Source: Eledone cirrhosa (taxonomy: Eukaryota). Taken from it: a stretch of 64,000 bases of DNA. Shown one piece after another: positions 13,487-34,313 of this stretch. How positions within the stretch are numbered: the stretch's first letter is position 1; the number at the start of each line of letters is the position of its first letter. The position numbers and the translations under genes were made by a program. The notes under the pieces were generated by a model that was given only the letters and a program-made list of their open reading frames with translations, searched no databases and was not told where the DNA came from. Where the stretch lies: contig OZ024741.1 in the NCBI GenBank assembly GCA_964016885.1, positions 92,318,001-92,382,000 on the forward strand, given 5' to 3'.

Positions 13487-13716
13487 TTAACAATCTTTAA
13501 ATAATGTCTTCCTTGTGAAATTTGTGGTCTTGTTTTGCTTAACTAATGAATATTTCCAGCTCTGTGCACCTAACCTCTGCATGAATCCAGCCATCTAACT
13601 GCCTTCCACTGCATATTGCACATTGAGCATATGCCTTTACGCTTTGGCTTCTAACTAATTCACTCTTCTCCTCTCCTATCTCCATCTCTCTCTTTAAGAT
13701 TGGTTTACTCTTGAAC

Positions 13717-13755
<39 letters not shown>

Positions 13756-14164
13756 AACATGGGAAGAAAGAGGAATACTGCGTGGTTGCACATGGGTTAC
13801 ATATTATAAAATTAGTCCCTCATCAGTGATTTGCCAACCATCATTGGTATTTCATCGCATTAAAAATCAGATACCTCAGGTTGGTGCGAGCAATAACTAA
13901 AATAAGCTATTGGGACAAGTGAATCGCGTAAAGCGAGTGAGACAAGTAAACAACAGAAGGAAAAGCAAACCGAAGGTAGGAAAACAGCAAGCAACATGAT
14001 GGTTATCCGGTCAGCATAAGCTGGGGGAATTTCATGAGCGGTCAGAAAACAGACGTTTATTATAACGCTCGCTTTGTCCATTTGTAAACAAACGGACAGC
14101 CTCATTTATGCCGCACGGTGTTAAGGCAATCACGTCACCTTTTTGTTCAACACTGACACAGGAA

Positions 14165-14205
14165 CGATGTACTAGTTTCAAGCTTCTTAGCTATCGTCAG
14201 CACCG
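14165..14205 (-). ncRNA. Type I hammerhead ribozyme
   Basis: Reverse complement of 14435-14475. Confidence 0.85.
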
Positions 14206-14434
14206 TATACCCTTCTGCCAGATGGTTGAACGTTCGAAAGTATATACTTTCCTTATGAAAATTAACGGCTGAGCAGCCTAATTTGCATATCGAGTGAGTT
14301 CAGTCGGCCAGGCGCACCGAAAACGATAAGTTAGAATAGAATGAAACGAAATTTCATTTCTCACTCTTAGTACGTTAATTTTCATAAGGAAAGTATATAC
14401 TTTCGGACGTTCAACCATCTGGCAGAAGGGTATA

Positions 14435-14475
14435 CGGTGCTGACGATAGCTAAGAAGCTTGAAACTAGTACATCG
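14435..14475 (+). ncRNA. Type I hammerhead ribozyme
   Basis: cggtg-CTGACGA-tAGCTaagaAGCTt-GAAA-CTAG-TA-catcg; stem I covaries with 575-615. Confidence 0.85.
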
Positions 14476-14611
14476 TTCCTGTGTCAGTGTTGAACAAAAA
14501 GGTGACGTGGTTGCCTTAACACCGTACGGCATAAATCAGGCTCTCCGTTTGTTTACAAATGGACAAAGCGAGCGTTATAATAAACGTCCGCTAAACTGAT
14601 ACGTACATATA

Positions 14612-14644
<33 letters not shown>

Positions 14645-14813
14645 GCTACTGTACGTCTATATACATATATGTATGTACGTATACATACATACTTACATTT
14701 AAGTAAGTGCCGTATAAGAGTGAGAAATGAAATTTCGTTTCATTCTATTCCAACTTATATATATATACATATTTATATATATATACATATATATATATAT
14801 ATGTATATATACA

Positions 14814-14900
<87 letters not shown>

Positions 14901-14901
14901 T

Positions 14902-14940
<39 letters not shown>

Positions 14941-15000
14941 TAGGTATATGATGTCTACCTGTTATTATTCATTCTTTATATATATATATATATACATATT

Positions 15001-15039
<39 letters not shown>

Positions 15040-15091
15040 TAGGTATATGATGTCTACCTGTTATTATTCATTCTTTATATATATATATACA

Positions 15092-15134
<43 letters not shown>

Positions 15135-15167
15135 TTATATATATATATATATATTTATATATATACA

Positions 15168-15213
<46 letters not shown>

Positions 15214-15233
15214 CATATATATATATATATATT

Positions 15234-15277
<44 letters not shown>

Positions 15278-15378
15278 CATATATATATATATATACATAT
15301 TTATATATATACATATATAAATATATATACATATTTATATATATACATAGTTATGTAATAAACAACATCAGGCAATTA

Positions 15379-15439
15379 TTTCATTTACCAGTGGTTTCTT
15401 AAAAGCCAAAAAATGTTGATTTCAATCATCAGAATGAAA
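15379..15439 (-). ncRNA. Type I hammerhead ribozyme
   Basis: Minus strand: tttcatt-CTGATGA-TTGAAA..TTTTAA-GAAA-CCAcTGG-TA-aatgaaa. Confidence 0.8.
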
Positions 15440-15538
15440 AAATTCTGGCGTATTTATTGACGTTGGATTTTAAAAACAAAAATGCAATCTACATATATAT
15501 ATATATATTTACATATATATATATATATATATATCTAC

Positions 15539-15574
<36 letters not shown>

Positions 15575-15583
15575 ATATATATT

Positions 15584-15641
<58 letters not shown>

Positions 15642-15730
15642 TATGTATATATACATACATATACATATATACATTTATATACATATATATGTATATATAC
15701 ATACATATACATATATACATTTATATACAT

Positions 15731-15764
<34 letters not shown>

Positions 15765-15914
15765 ATATATATATATGTATATATATGTATATATATAAAT
15801 ATGTATATATATAAATATGTATATATATATAAATATATATATATATTTATGTATATATATAAATATATATATGTATAATATATAAGATCAAAAGATGGTT
15901 AAATGAGTTCCATG

Positions 15915-15985
15915 TATTTTATTATGCGCATTTCAAAAACAAATATCATCATGCAATAAGATTTGTGTTTTCATCAGATAAAATA
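15915..15985 (-). ncRNA. Type I hammerhead ribozyme (module D, 15878-16044)
   Basis: Minus strand: tattttat-CTGATGA-long stem II-GAAA-TGCGCA-TA-ataaaata. Confidence 0.85.
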
Positions 15986-16044
15986 GGAGGACATGATATG
16001 AAGGTTAAAAACACTTGTGGATAGTGCAGTTTTAAATCAACATA

Positions 16045-16048
16045 TATG

Positions 16049-16102
<54 letters not shown>

Positions 16103-16128
16103 TGTATATGTATATATGTATATGTATG

Positions 16129-16160
<32 letters not shown>

Positions 16161-16206
16161 TATGTATATGTATATATGTATATATATATGTATATATATA
16201 TATATT

Positions 16207-16237
<31 letters not shown>

Positions 16238-16328
16238 GTATATATATATATGTATATATGTATGTATATATATATGTATATATATATATGTATATATATA
16301 TGTATATATATATATGTATATATATATG

Positions 16329-16359
<31 letters not shown>

Positions 16360-16384
16360 GTATATATATATGTATATATATATG

Positions 16385-16415
<31 letters not shown>

Positions 16416-16428
16416 GTATATATATATG

Positions 16429-16487
<59 letters not shown>

Positions 16488-16512
16488 GTATATATATATG
16501 TATATATATATG

Positions 16513-16543
<31 letters not shown>

Positions 16544-16624
16544 GTATATATATATGTATATACATATGTATATATATATATGTATATGTATATGTATATA
16601 TGTATGTATATGTATATATGTATG

Positions 16625-16673
<49 letters not shown>

Positions 16674-17096
16674 GCATATATATATATATATGTATATATA
16701 TATATGTATATGTATGTATGTATATATATATATGTATGTATATATATATATGTATGTATATATATATATATGTATGTATATATATATATATGTATGTATG
16801 TATATATATATATGTATATATGTATGTGTATATATATATATGTATGTGTATATATATATATGTATGTATATATATATGTATGTATGTATATATATATATG
16901 TATGTATATATATATGTATGTATGTATATATATATGTATGTATGTATATATATATATATGTATGTATGTATATATATATATGTATATATATATATGTATA
17001 TATATATATGCGTATGTATATATATATATATGTATGTATATATATGTATATATATGTATGTATATATATATATATATTTATGTATATATATATATG

Positions 17097-17128
<32 letters not shown>

Positions 17129-17132
17129 TATG

Positions 17133-17166
<34 letters not shown>

Positions 17167-17173
17167 TATGTAT
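16045..17173. repeat. Imperfect (TA)n array with ATGT interruptions
   Basis: Direct inspection. Confidence 0.95.
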
Positions 17174-18895
17174 ATTCAATTTGATATCAACTCTTACTAC
17201 ACCTCTATTTCCCCTATCATACTAAATAAGGCACTTATAATGGCCATGGACAATAGTGACTTGACTAGACCCCAGATTGATGTCATACTTGCGGCCCCTA
17301 AAACAATAATCACCTTTGAGGACCAATTATGGACCCGCAAGGATACGCAAAACAACTTCGACATTACTATGGGGTCTAGTGACTCGGCGCAGGTCACTGA
17401 TTTGGTTGGCCTATACTTACTTAACCTAATCCACAGGGAACTTCCGCACCTCAGCGGTGGCTTGTATCGCGACGATGCACTTCTACTTATAGACTATAAA
17501 AAATTCAGTATAGAAAGGACTAGAAAACTATTGCACAAAACATTCAAAAACTTTAACCTTAGTATTACCATGGACAAAAACACCAAAAACGTCAACTTCC
17601 TAGACGCCACACTCTACTTAGACTCAATGATATATGCACCTTTCCACAAACCTAATGAAAAACTCATCTACGTAGATACCAAGTCTAACCACCCTAAATC
17701 TATATTGAACTCTATCTCTAAGGGAGTATCTAATAGAATCTCTAATCTATCCTATGACATAAACACATTTAACAATAACTCGCAGTATTATAATCAGGCA
17801 TTAGCTAGATCAGGCCATAATACAGGGATAGAGTTCCTACCTACAAAAACACATAGCTACAACATCATTTCACACAACATGTCCATGGGAAAATTTAATA
17901 AATTTAATAATAGGAATAGCAACTGCACACACACTAATAGGGATTGTAACAACAAGAGTAACCCGCACCACAGAAATGACCATAGGAACATTAAAGGAAA
18001 CAAATCACCAGACATAAAAAACAGAAATAGAAGAAGTAATACATTTTTCAACCCTCCTTTCAATTTAAACGTCTCTACCAACCTTCCTAGGGCTTTCTTC
18101 TCACTACTAGATAAACACTTCCCATCCGGCCACAGGTACCACGGCCTTTTAAACAAAAACACTATTAAGATCTCATACTCTACTACGCCTAACTTAGCAT
18201 ACCACATAGCTAGTACAAATAAAAGAAAAATTAATTCTTACTTCCAACAAACTAAATCACAACGGTCGATAAACCTTCAAAATAACATTCAAAATAACAG
18301 TCAAAGTAACATTATAACAAATAACCGTAATATCAATGGAAATAATAGTATTAGCACTAGTGTAAACATTAACGCTGCGTACCACAACCCGCATAACCAT
18401 AACCCTATAGCTAACATCCAAACTTCTACACAGCATAGTAACCGGCAGACTAGCACCCAGAGTAATTGTAACTGTAGATCAAGTAGAACCTGCCCTTTAG
18501 ATAAAAAATGCTTAACCAAGGATATCATATACTCATGTACAGTCACAACTAACAGCTCTTCTGAAACCTACATAGGCTCCACTTCTAACTGCTTCAAAAC
18601 TAGATACAATTCGCACCTCCACTCTTTCAAAAAACACAGTCTAGCCAACTCCACTTCACTATCTAGCTACATACACTATCTAAAAACTAAAAATAAAATA
18701 TATACACTTAAATGGGAAGTGGTAGGTAGTGCAACATCGTACAAACCACCTGATAAATTTTGTAACCTCTGTCTACTAGAGACCCATACTATCATCTTCT
18801 CTAAACATAATCTCCTTAATAAAAAATCAGAAGTGTTCGCAAATTGCCAACACCGCTTCCGACACTCGTTCCAAAACTTTAAACCCTATATATAA
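17174..18895 (+). CDS. Penelope-like (Naiad-type) RT plus GIY-YIG endonuclease, 5'-truncated, frame open
   Basis: FDINSYY, MGS and GLYRDD RT motifs; CxCx5Cx5C ([15 protein letters not shown]); IIY..YIGST..FKTRY..H GIY-YIG; CNLC. Confidence 0.9.
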   Translation: MQFDINSYYTSISPIILNKALIMAMDNSDLTRPQIDVILAAPKTIITFEDQLWTRKDTQNNFDITMGSSDSAQVTDLVGLYLLNLIHRELPHLSGGLYRDDALLLIDYKKFSIERTRKLLHKTFKNFNLSITMDKNTKNVNFLDATLYLDSMIYAPFHKPNEKLIYVDTKSNHPKSILNSISKGVSNRISNLSYDINTFNNNSQYYNQALARSGHNTGIEFLPTKTHSYNIISHNMSMGKFNKFNNRNSNCTHTNRDCNNKSNPHHRNDHRNIKGNKSPDIKNRNRRSNTFFNPPFNLNVSTNLPRAFFSLLDKHFPSGHRYHGLLNKNTIKISYSTTPNLAYHIASTNKRKINSYFQQTKSQRSINLQNNIQNNSQSNIITNNRNINGNNSISTSVNINAAYHNPHNHNPIANIQTSTQHSNRQTSTQSNCNCRSSRTCPLDKKCLTKDIIYSCTVTTNSSSETYIGSTSNCFKTRYNSHLHSFKKHSLANSTSLSSYIHYLKTKNKIYTLKWEVVGSATSYKPPDKFCNLCLLETHTIIFSKHNLLNKKSEVFANCQHRFRHSFQNFKPYI

Positions 18896-20432
18896 TAATG
18901 TCAGACTGGAACCGGCACCACCCCTAGCAATTAACATCAGTAGCACACCTTACACCTCACATCCACACCCATCTCTATACTCTAAAGATAATACTGACAG
19001 CATTTTAGTACCACCTACCCTGGGAATACCCCCTTGTACCTCTAATACTGATATCTCGACCGTGGACTACTTATTCTGCATTGCACAAATATAAGATTGG
19101 TATAAATTGGGGACACGGTACTGGTTGCGATAGCATAGTCCTGTGCATGGATTACCACCAAGAGATAGATTGATGATTAGATAGATAATCGTATTGTTAA
19201 GTGATTATATACTGTAAGCGATCAGTTCAATGAATTATGCACGTAATCATCTTGATGTGAACTCCTTTAGTACCTATTAATAGACTCCACTCTAGCTTGT
19301 AGATGTGATACATAATTGATTTATATTTGAGACGGGGGTTGTCTATTGCTTGATGGCCAGACTAGTGCATTTATATGAGAGATTGGATCTCCGGACCATA
19401 CCGAAGATTTACTGGAGATGCAGGCATGCAATGACCCAGAGCCTACCGGGTGGCATATATAATAGTGGGACCATACCAGGACCTACTGTTATATTACATT
19501 TGCATGGAGCAGTGACTTGAGAGTCTGACTCCTCTTATAGAACGTTCAGATATGACACCCCTTAATTTAATGGATGGTAATCATCCTAATATACACACCC
19601 TTGTACTTCTTATTGGACAACTCTCTAACCTATAAATGGGTAACATACTCTAGATATTAGTTATAACTTCACATGATAGGCACGTATTTGAATCACCATT
19701 AATGTAGTTTAGCATAGTAATGTAACTAAGATAACTAGCTAGTTACCTCCCCTTACGCATTAATTCTCCTTAGTCATTCAGGCACTTCCGGAATCTGGAC
19801 AGCATGATATATTATTTAAGAACCGACTGGATACGGTTTATAGCTTGACTATATGCTGAACCACCACGAAATATACGATAGACGCGTGTTCTCTATATAT
19901 ATATTGCGTCCCATGGATTATGTGAGTGGTGGTGTGAGCAAGGACAGTGGTACGGCCTTGCCTACGATACAATAAGGTTTACAGTATGTTGAAGGTTTTT
20001 GATATTTTGGTGTTTCCCCGCATCCGAGACTGTATATCATACAGATGTATGAGAAGAAATGACTTAATAATTCAGCCTACATAATAAGATCGACTGCCTG
20101 CTTCAGCTGCCTGACCCTGCAAATATCATTCTGACGCACTCTAATCATGTATAGATAAGACACGCGTGCATGCTGCACGGGAGATTGTTTCATACACTGA
20201 CTACTCTAAGCTTTCCTCTTTCTTTATCTTCATAGACTGCCAACGCTTCATGTTTATCTTTATTTTCACTCTTATTTTCACTCTTGTTCTTATGTTATTA
20301 TTATCCTGTAACCTTTATATGTAAATTGCCATGCTATATCATTTGACGAATGTCACCCCACTGTTGATCAATATGCGCATAGGTTTTATGTGTCTCTTGG
20401 GTTGAAAAGGAGGTCAAGAATGTTATAAATAG

Positions 20433-20481
20433 TTGTTCCGAAGAATCCAAACCTCGGTTTCGAGGAAACAATTGTAAGCAA
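20433..20481 (+). ncRNA. Type I hammerhead ribozyme, CCGA variant
   Basis: ttgtt-CCGAAGA-..AAACCtcGGTTT..-GAAA-CAATTG-TA-agcaa, then AATAAA. Confidence 0.7.
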
Positions 20482-20520
20482 ATAAATGACTTAAACTGAA
20501 CTTTGATTACTGTAATCTCT

Positions 20521-25048
<4,528 letters not shown>

Positions 25049-25949
25049 TAACGAAGGAAATGTGGTAAGAACCAGGTGGACCATAACGCACCAAAGTACT
25101 CAATACTTGGAGTTGTAGAGTGGGTAATAGGAACCAGTAAGACCCCGACGGCTGAGCTCAAGCCGTTTCGACGGCTAATTCTGGACTAAACGACCATTTA
25201 TCCTGGTATTTAAATAGCCGATCTTCTCAAGGGGTAAATCCATATATGGTCAAAGTGATTGTCAAAAATCAGTAGTAATTCTGTGATTGCAAATTAGTAG
25301 GGGAGATGGTGGCTAAACCTGCCAGTAGGAGAAAGAGGGGAGTGGTGGAGTAGACCCAATCAAGCGTTGGTAGTGCCAGCTACAGCTGGGCATGAGGTCA
25401 AAGAAGATACTGGGGAGGGGGGGGGGGAGGAAGTCCGAACGGTAGGTAGAACAATGGGGGGGTAAAAATATATATGAAAGAAAAATACTGAGAGTGAAGA
25501 AAAGCGGATAAGTGTAAAGAAAAAAGTAAAGCAAGTTCTACGACCTAGGTCTCTAGCTATTGTTAGGCTAGAATAATAAATAAAAAGAAAGAAAAAAAGA
25601 AATAAAGAAATAAATAAAGAAATAACGAAATAAGTAAATGAACTAGGTGGGACGGATTAGGCAAGGACCCTTTTAAGAGGTATAAGTACGTAAATGATAC
25701 GGTGACGGGTCAACAAATGGGGCCAAAATACTAAAGAGACTACCACGAAATAAATAATAAAGGTTTCTATCCCGGGCACAATGCCAGCAACCACCCAGTG
25801 CAGCGAAGTGAACTAGTACGAGATAATAATTCTGAGTCCCGACAAAATATATACTAATGCTAACTCTAAAAGATCTAAAACAAGCTACATGAAAGTTCGT
25901 ACGAAGTAAAGGTAGAATACGGAAAAATAAATTCAGAATCCACCCCGCC
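25049..25949 (-). mobile_element. PLE-like 3' region/pLTR (longest copy of module A)
   Basis: Pyrimidine-rich minus strand leading to the HHR and a fixed 3' end at (TA)n; cut by the gap. Confidence 0.6.
25142..25235 (-). ncRNA. Type I hammerhead ribozyme, U3-A8 variant
   Basis: Minus strand: acccc-TTGAGAA-GA(t)CGGCTA...TAGCCGTC-GAAA-CGGCTtgagctcAGCCG-TC-ggggt. Confidence 0.75.
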
Positions 25950-26149
25950 NNNNNNNNNNNNNNNNNNNNNNNNNNNNNNNNNNNNNNNNNNNNNNNNNNN
26001 NNNNNNNNNNNNNNNNNNNNNNNNNNNNNNNNNNNNNNNNNNNNNNNNNNNNNNNNNNNNNNNNNNNNNNNNNNNNNNNNNNNNNNNNNNNNNNNNNNNN
26101 NNNNNNNNNNNNNNNNNNNNNNNNNNNNNNNNNNNNNNNNNNNNNNNNN
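25950..26149. other. Assembly gap (200 N)
   Basis: Run of n. Confidence 1.
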
Positions 26150-26174
26150 CACACACACACACACACATACACAC

Positions 26175-26286
<112 letters not shown>

Positions 26287-26311
26287 GTATATATATATAT
26301 ATATGTATATA

Positions 26312-26391
<80 letters not shown>

Positions 26392-26392
26392 C

Positions 26393-26537
<145 letters not shown>

Positions 26538-26549
26538 CATATATATATT

Positions 26550-27173
<624 letters not shown>

Positions 27174-27240
27174 TTGTTATACTTGGGGAGGGTCATATTT
27201 GCGTAATATTGCCAGAATTAATAACAGAACACATCGCCGC

Positions 27241-27314
<74 letters not shown>

Positions 27315-27339
27315 TATATGTATATATATATATATATAT

Positions 27340-28851
<1,512 letters not shown>

Positions 28852-28981
28852 GTGACGTTTTTTTTACAAAATGAAAAATAACCGAGGTGTCCTACACGAG
28901 TGGAAGTATAAAGAAAAAGGGATGAAATCGAAAATGCAACTGAAGTCTTATTTTTTTTTAAACATATATATTTATTTGGTT

Positions 28982-29019
28982 CCTTTACCGGTTTCGCAGT
29001 TCTTCTGCTTTTCAAAAGG
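28982..29019 (-). ncRNA. Minimal type I hammerhead ribozyme, U3-A8 variant (module E, 28845-29052)
   Basis: Minus strand: cctt-TTGAAAA-GCAGaagaaCTGC-GAAA-CCGG-TA-aagg. Confidence 0.75.
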
Positions 29020-29053
29020 TGAGTTGAGATGGAGGGTCTGTGGTTTTTCTCAC

Positions 29054-29286
<233 letters not shown>

Positions 29287-29305
29287 CATATATATATATA
29301 TATCT

Positions 29306-29365
<60 letters not shown>

Positions 29366-29367
<2 letters not shown>

Positions 29368-31659
29368 CTTTATTAGCCACAGGGCACAAAATAAGGGGAC
29401 AAATACAAAGGGGGAAGTTTACATACAATAAAAACGTGTAAAATGTTATCACAAATGGAATTTAAAAAGTTAGTCGATTTTCCCCAATAGAGGGAGGCAG
29501 TTTATATGGGTAACACATACCCCTGAAAAAAATGTGCAACCCTCATCTCCAGGAGTACGAAGAGCTTGTACTCCCTTCCTCTCCTCCTCCTTTTCCTCAA
29601 CCTACAGGCTGATATAGAGAGAAGGCCCATTCACTCGGGCGATTCTCGCCACTTTCACCCACCTTTCATAAAACTTGCTGGGGTACAGCACCTCTCTCTC
29701 CATCCTGATTCTTCTTCCAAAGTGGTATTTGAAAAAAAGAATCAGTTGTTGGCCGGAGAGAAAGGTGTCTGACCTCAGCCCTTTCAACCTTGTCCACCAT
29801 ACAACCTCTTTCGCCATAGCTATCACACAAAGGAAAACCGCCTCTCCTTCGTTTTTGAAGGAGGGTGGCGGTTTGATCATGACAATGGACTCGGTGGTCA
29901 ACTGGATTGGTCCCACCCGCGACAATAGTCGTTCTACATAGCCCCACAGGTCGGTGACGCCTGGGCAGTGTATGAATGCGTGCGCGACGGTTTCTTCGTC
30001 TCGCACGCACCTCGGACCGATCTTTTTTGCAGGGTCCCTGCCCGGGCGCCCATGTCTGTAGAGCTTGTCTCGAACTGGTAGAGCTCCTCGGTAGCACTGC
30101 CAGGCCAGGGACTTTTGGAAGTTGTCCATCGGTCCCGGGCGGAAGGTTCTACCGAACAGACTGGCCAGTTCGTCTTCCTCTACGCCCAGAGTTTCACCGA
30201 GCGCGTCGTCGCACTTCCGGCGGACCAACCCTCTATAGAATGACGAAGTGGAGTCTCCACTGATCGCCGGGTCCGCCTGCCAGAGGGCTGTGAGCGCCTG
30301 AGCACATTCAATGTGCCAGTCGCCCATTTTCCTCGGTCTTTGCTTGACCCAGGACTGCAGCTCGGTCAGCGAGACGAGTCGTGGGAAGGCTCGCCTCACG
30401 AACGGGGCCCACACCGGTTATCCGGTGAGGAATACGTAGAGATGCCGCAGCCTGAGCGCGTGTTTGCGCATCGTCAACCACGGCATCCCCATCCCGCCGT
30501 TAGAAGGGTGTTGGCAGCAGATGGATCTTCTCACCAAAGGAGCCCGCCTCTTCCAAAGGAATCGGAAGAGCGCGCGCTCCATTTTGGCGAGCGTTTTGGC
30601 TGGACAAGGCACGACGGTCAAGCGGTAGTAGATGGCGGACGCTATAAAAGTGTTCGCCACCTCCGCTCGACCTTTCAAGGATAGTTTGCACTCGGCCCAC
30701 TTCTGGGTGAGTGCAAACACCTTGGCCGTCACTTCGTTCCAGTTCTTCTCCACCTGGAGGTCCGGACCAAACCAGACCCCGAGCAGCTTTACCGGTCCTT
30801 CCGTCCAGCGTCCGATGACGCCATCGGAAGGCATCGGTCTGCCTCTCCACGATCCGAGTTGCAAACCGATGGACTTGTCCCGGTTCAGCTTCGCTCCTGT
30901 GAGACTTTCGTATTCCTTCAGTAAGGTGTCGACATCCTCGATTTGCGAGGCGCTCGACACCATTACTGTCACGTCGTCGGCGTAGGCCGACGCCGCTTTC
31001 CGCAGTCCCGGTTCCAGAGGGATGCCCTGCAATAGCTCCAGCTTCCGCAGTAGTGGCTCGAGAGTCAGTACGTACAGAAGGGAGGAGAGAGGGAATCCCT
31101 GTCGAATGGATCGCGTAATATGGAACGGCTCCGAGAGGTAGCCGTTCACCTTGACCATTGAGCAGATGTTGCTGTTGTGCATTGCAGCAATCCAGCCCCT
31201 GAACACGGGCCGAAGCCTGCCGCCTCGAGCACCGCATCCAGGTAACGATGGTCAACCCTATCGAAAGCCTTAGACTGATCCAAGTTGATCAGAGCCCCAA
31301 CGAAGCCGGGTTTACACCCTACCCTCTCTATGATGTATCGCATGAGGTGGAGGTTGTCGTGTATGGACCTGGTCTGGATTGCGCATGTCTGCGCTTCTTC
31401 CACCAGGTTCTCGACGACAAGCGCCAGCCTCTTTGCCAACACCTTGGCCAAAATCTGTAACTCTGTGTTTAGCAGAGTTATGGGCCGGAAGTTGCCTATG
31501 TCATCCCCCTTATTCTCGTCCTTCCTGATTAGTGTGACCACGCCCCCGGTTACAGAACTGGGAATTCTCCCGTTCTGTTGCCAGTTGCAGTAGACCGCTT
31601 CCAGGAGACCGGAGAATAAGTTCGACATTGCTACGTAAAATTCGTAGGGTAGACCCTAC
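29366..31659 (-). mobile_element. 5'-truncated L1/Tx1 LINE (RT, C-terminal zinc-binding region, 3' UTR)
   Basis: Inverted near-copy of 27340-28712 plus LAWQCYRGALPV..C..ETVAHAFIHC; AATAAA then (TA)n; one frameshift and one stop. Confidence 0.92.
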
Positions 31660-31682
31660 ATATATATATATATATACATATA

Positions 31683-31730
<48 letters not shown>

Positions 31731-31797
31731 GCGGCGATGTGTTCTGTTATTAATTCTGGCAATATTACGCAAATATGACCCTCCCCAAGTATAACAA

Positions 31798-31979
<182 letters not shown>

Positions 31980-31984
31980 TATAT

Positions 31985-32087
<103 letters not shown>

Positions 32088-32140
32088 TATATGTATATAT
32101 ATATATACATATATATATATATACATATGTATATATATAC

Positions 32141-32209
<69 letters not shown>

Positions 32210-32290
32210 TATATACATATATATATATATACATATATATATGTATATATATATATACATATATATATATATACATATGTATATATATAC

Positions 32291-32395
<105 letters not shown>

Positions 32396-32401
32396 CATAT
32401 A

Positions 32402-32491
<90 letters not shown>

Positions 32492-32505
32492 CATATATAT
32501 ATGTA

Positions 32506-32539
<34 letters not shown>

Positions 32540-32540
32540 C

Positions 32541-32583
<43 letters not shown>

Positions 32584-32624
32584 CATATATATATGTATAT
32601 ATATATATATGTATATATATATAC

Positions 32625-32655
<31 letters not shown>

Positions 32656-32997
32656 CATATATATATGTATATATATAATGAAAACTTGTTCACGTGACAG
32701 CCAAATTTCATTTATAACCAACCCCAAAAAAGCCTTCGTGAGCCTCCTTGTTTCAAGTAAAAAGAAATTCAAACACTCATATATGAAAAAACAACCTGTG
32801 ACAACCCCCCCCCCCCCCCTCTTATTTGAAGAACTATTGTAACGCGAACTGGCGCGAAATTTATTATAATTATTGACAAACCAATCAAATTACTTCTCGA
32901 AAAACCTGGCTTTCGAGCCACTTTTTCCATATAAAACAAGTAACATTTAGACACCAACCAGATGTGAGAAAAACCACAGACCCTCCATCTCAACTCA

Positions 32998-33035
32998 CCT
33001 TTTGGAAAGCAGAAGAACTGCGAAACCGGTAAAGG
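32998..33035 (+). ncRNA. Hammerhead ribozyme (module E copy, A6G mutated)
   Basis: cctt-TTGGAAA-GCAGaagaaCTGC-GAAA-CCGG-TA-aagg, within island 32680-33173. Confidence 0.6.
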
Positions 33036-33166
33036 AACCAAATAAATATATATATTTTTTTTAAAAATAAGACTTCAGTTGCATTTTCGATTTCATCTCT
33101 TTTTCTTTATACTTCCACTCGTGTAGGACACCTCGGTTATTTTTCATTTTGTAAAAAAAACCTCAC

Positions 33167-33354
<188 letters not shown>

Positions 33355-33356
33355 GT

Positions 33357-33395
<39 letters not shown>

Positions 33396-33517
33396 TATAT
33401 GTATATATATATGTATATATATATACATATATATATATGTATATATATATATATGTATATATACATATATATATGTATATATATATATATATGTATATAT
33501 ATATACATATATATATG

Positions 33518-33549
<32 letters not shown>

Positions 33550-33567
33550 TATATACATATATATATG

Positions 33568-33649
<82 letters not shown>

Positions 33650-33687
33650 TATACGTATATATATATATATATATACATATATATATG

Positions 33688-33719
<32 letters not shown>

Positions 33720-33776
33720 TATACATATATATATGTATATATATATATGTATATATATTATATATATATACATATA

Positions 33777-33820
<44 letters not shown>

Positions 33821-33861
33821 TATACGTATATATATATATATATATATATACATATATATAC

Positions 33862-33910
<49 letters not shown>

Positions 33911-33946
33911 TATACGTATATATATATATATATGTATATGTATATG

Positions 33947-34084
<138 letters not shown>

Positions 34085-34085
34085 C

Positions 34086-34132
<47 letters not shown>

Positions 34133-34157
34133 TATATGTATATATGTATATATATAT

Positions 34158-34208
<51 letters not shown>

Positions 34209-34216
34209 TATATGTA

Positions 34217-34263
<47 letters not shown>

Positions 34264-34281
34264 ATATATATATATATATAA

Positions 34282-34313
<32 letters not shown>

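Larger units (their letters stand above)
14052..14757. mobile_element. Family R2 HHR repeat: inverted pair of monomers
   Basis: Inverted arms at about 14052-14267 and 14372-14588. The plus copy runs on and wraps into the unit start at 14715-14757. Confidence 0.8.
17174..20520 (+). mobile_element. Naiad-type PLE with 1.6-kb 3' region and HHR-containing pLTR, inserted in (TA)n
   Basis: ORF followed by non-coding DNA ending in HHR, AATAAA and (TA)n. Confidence 0.8.
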
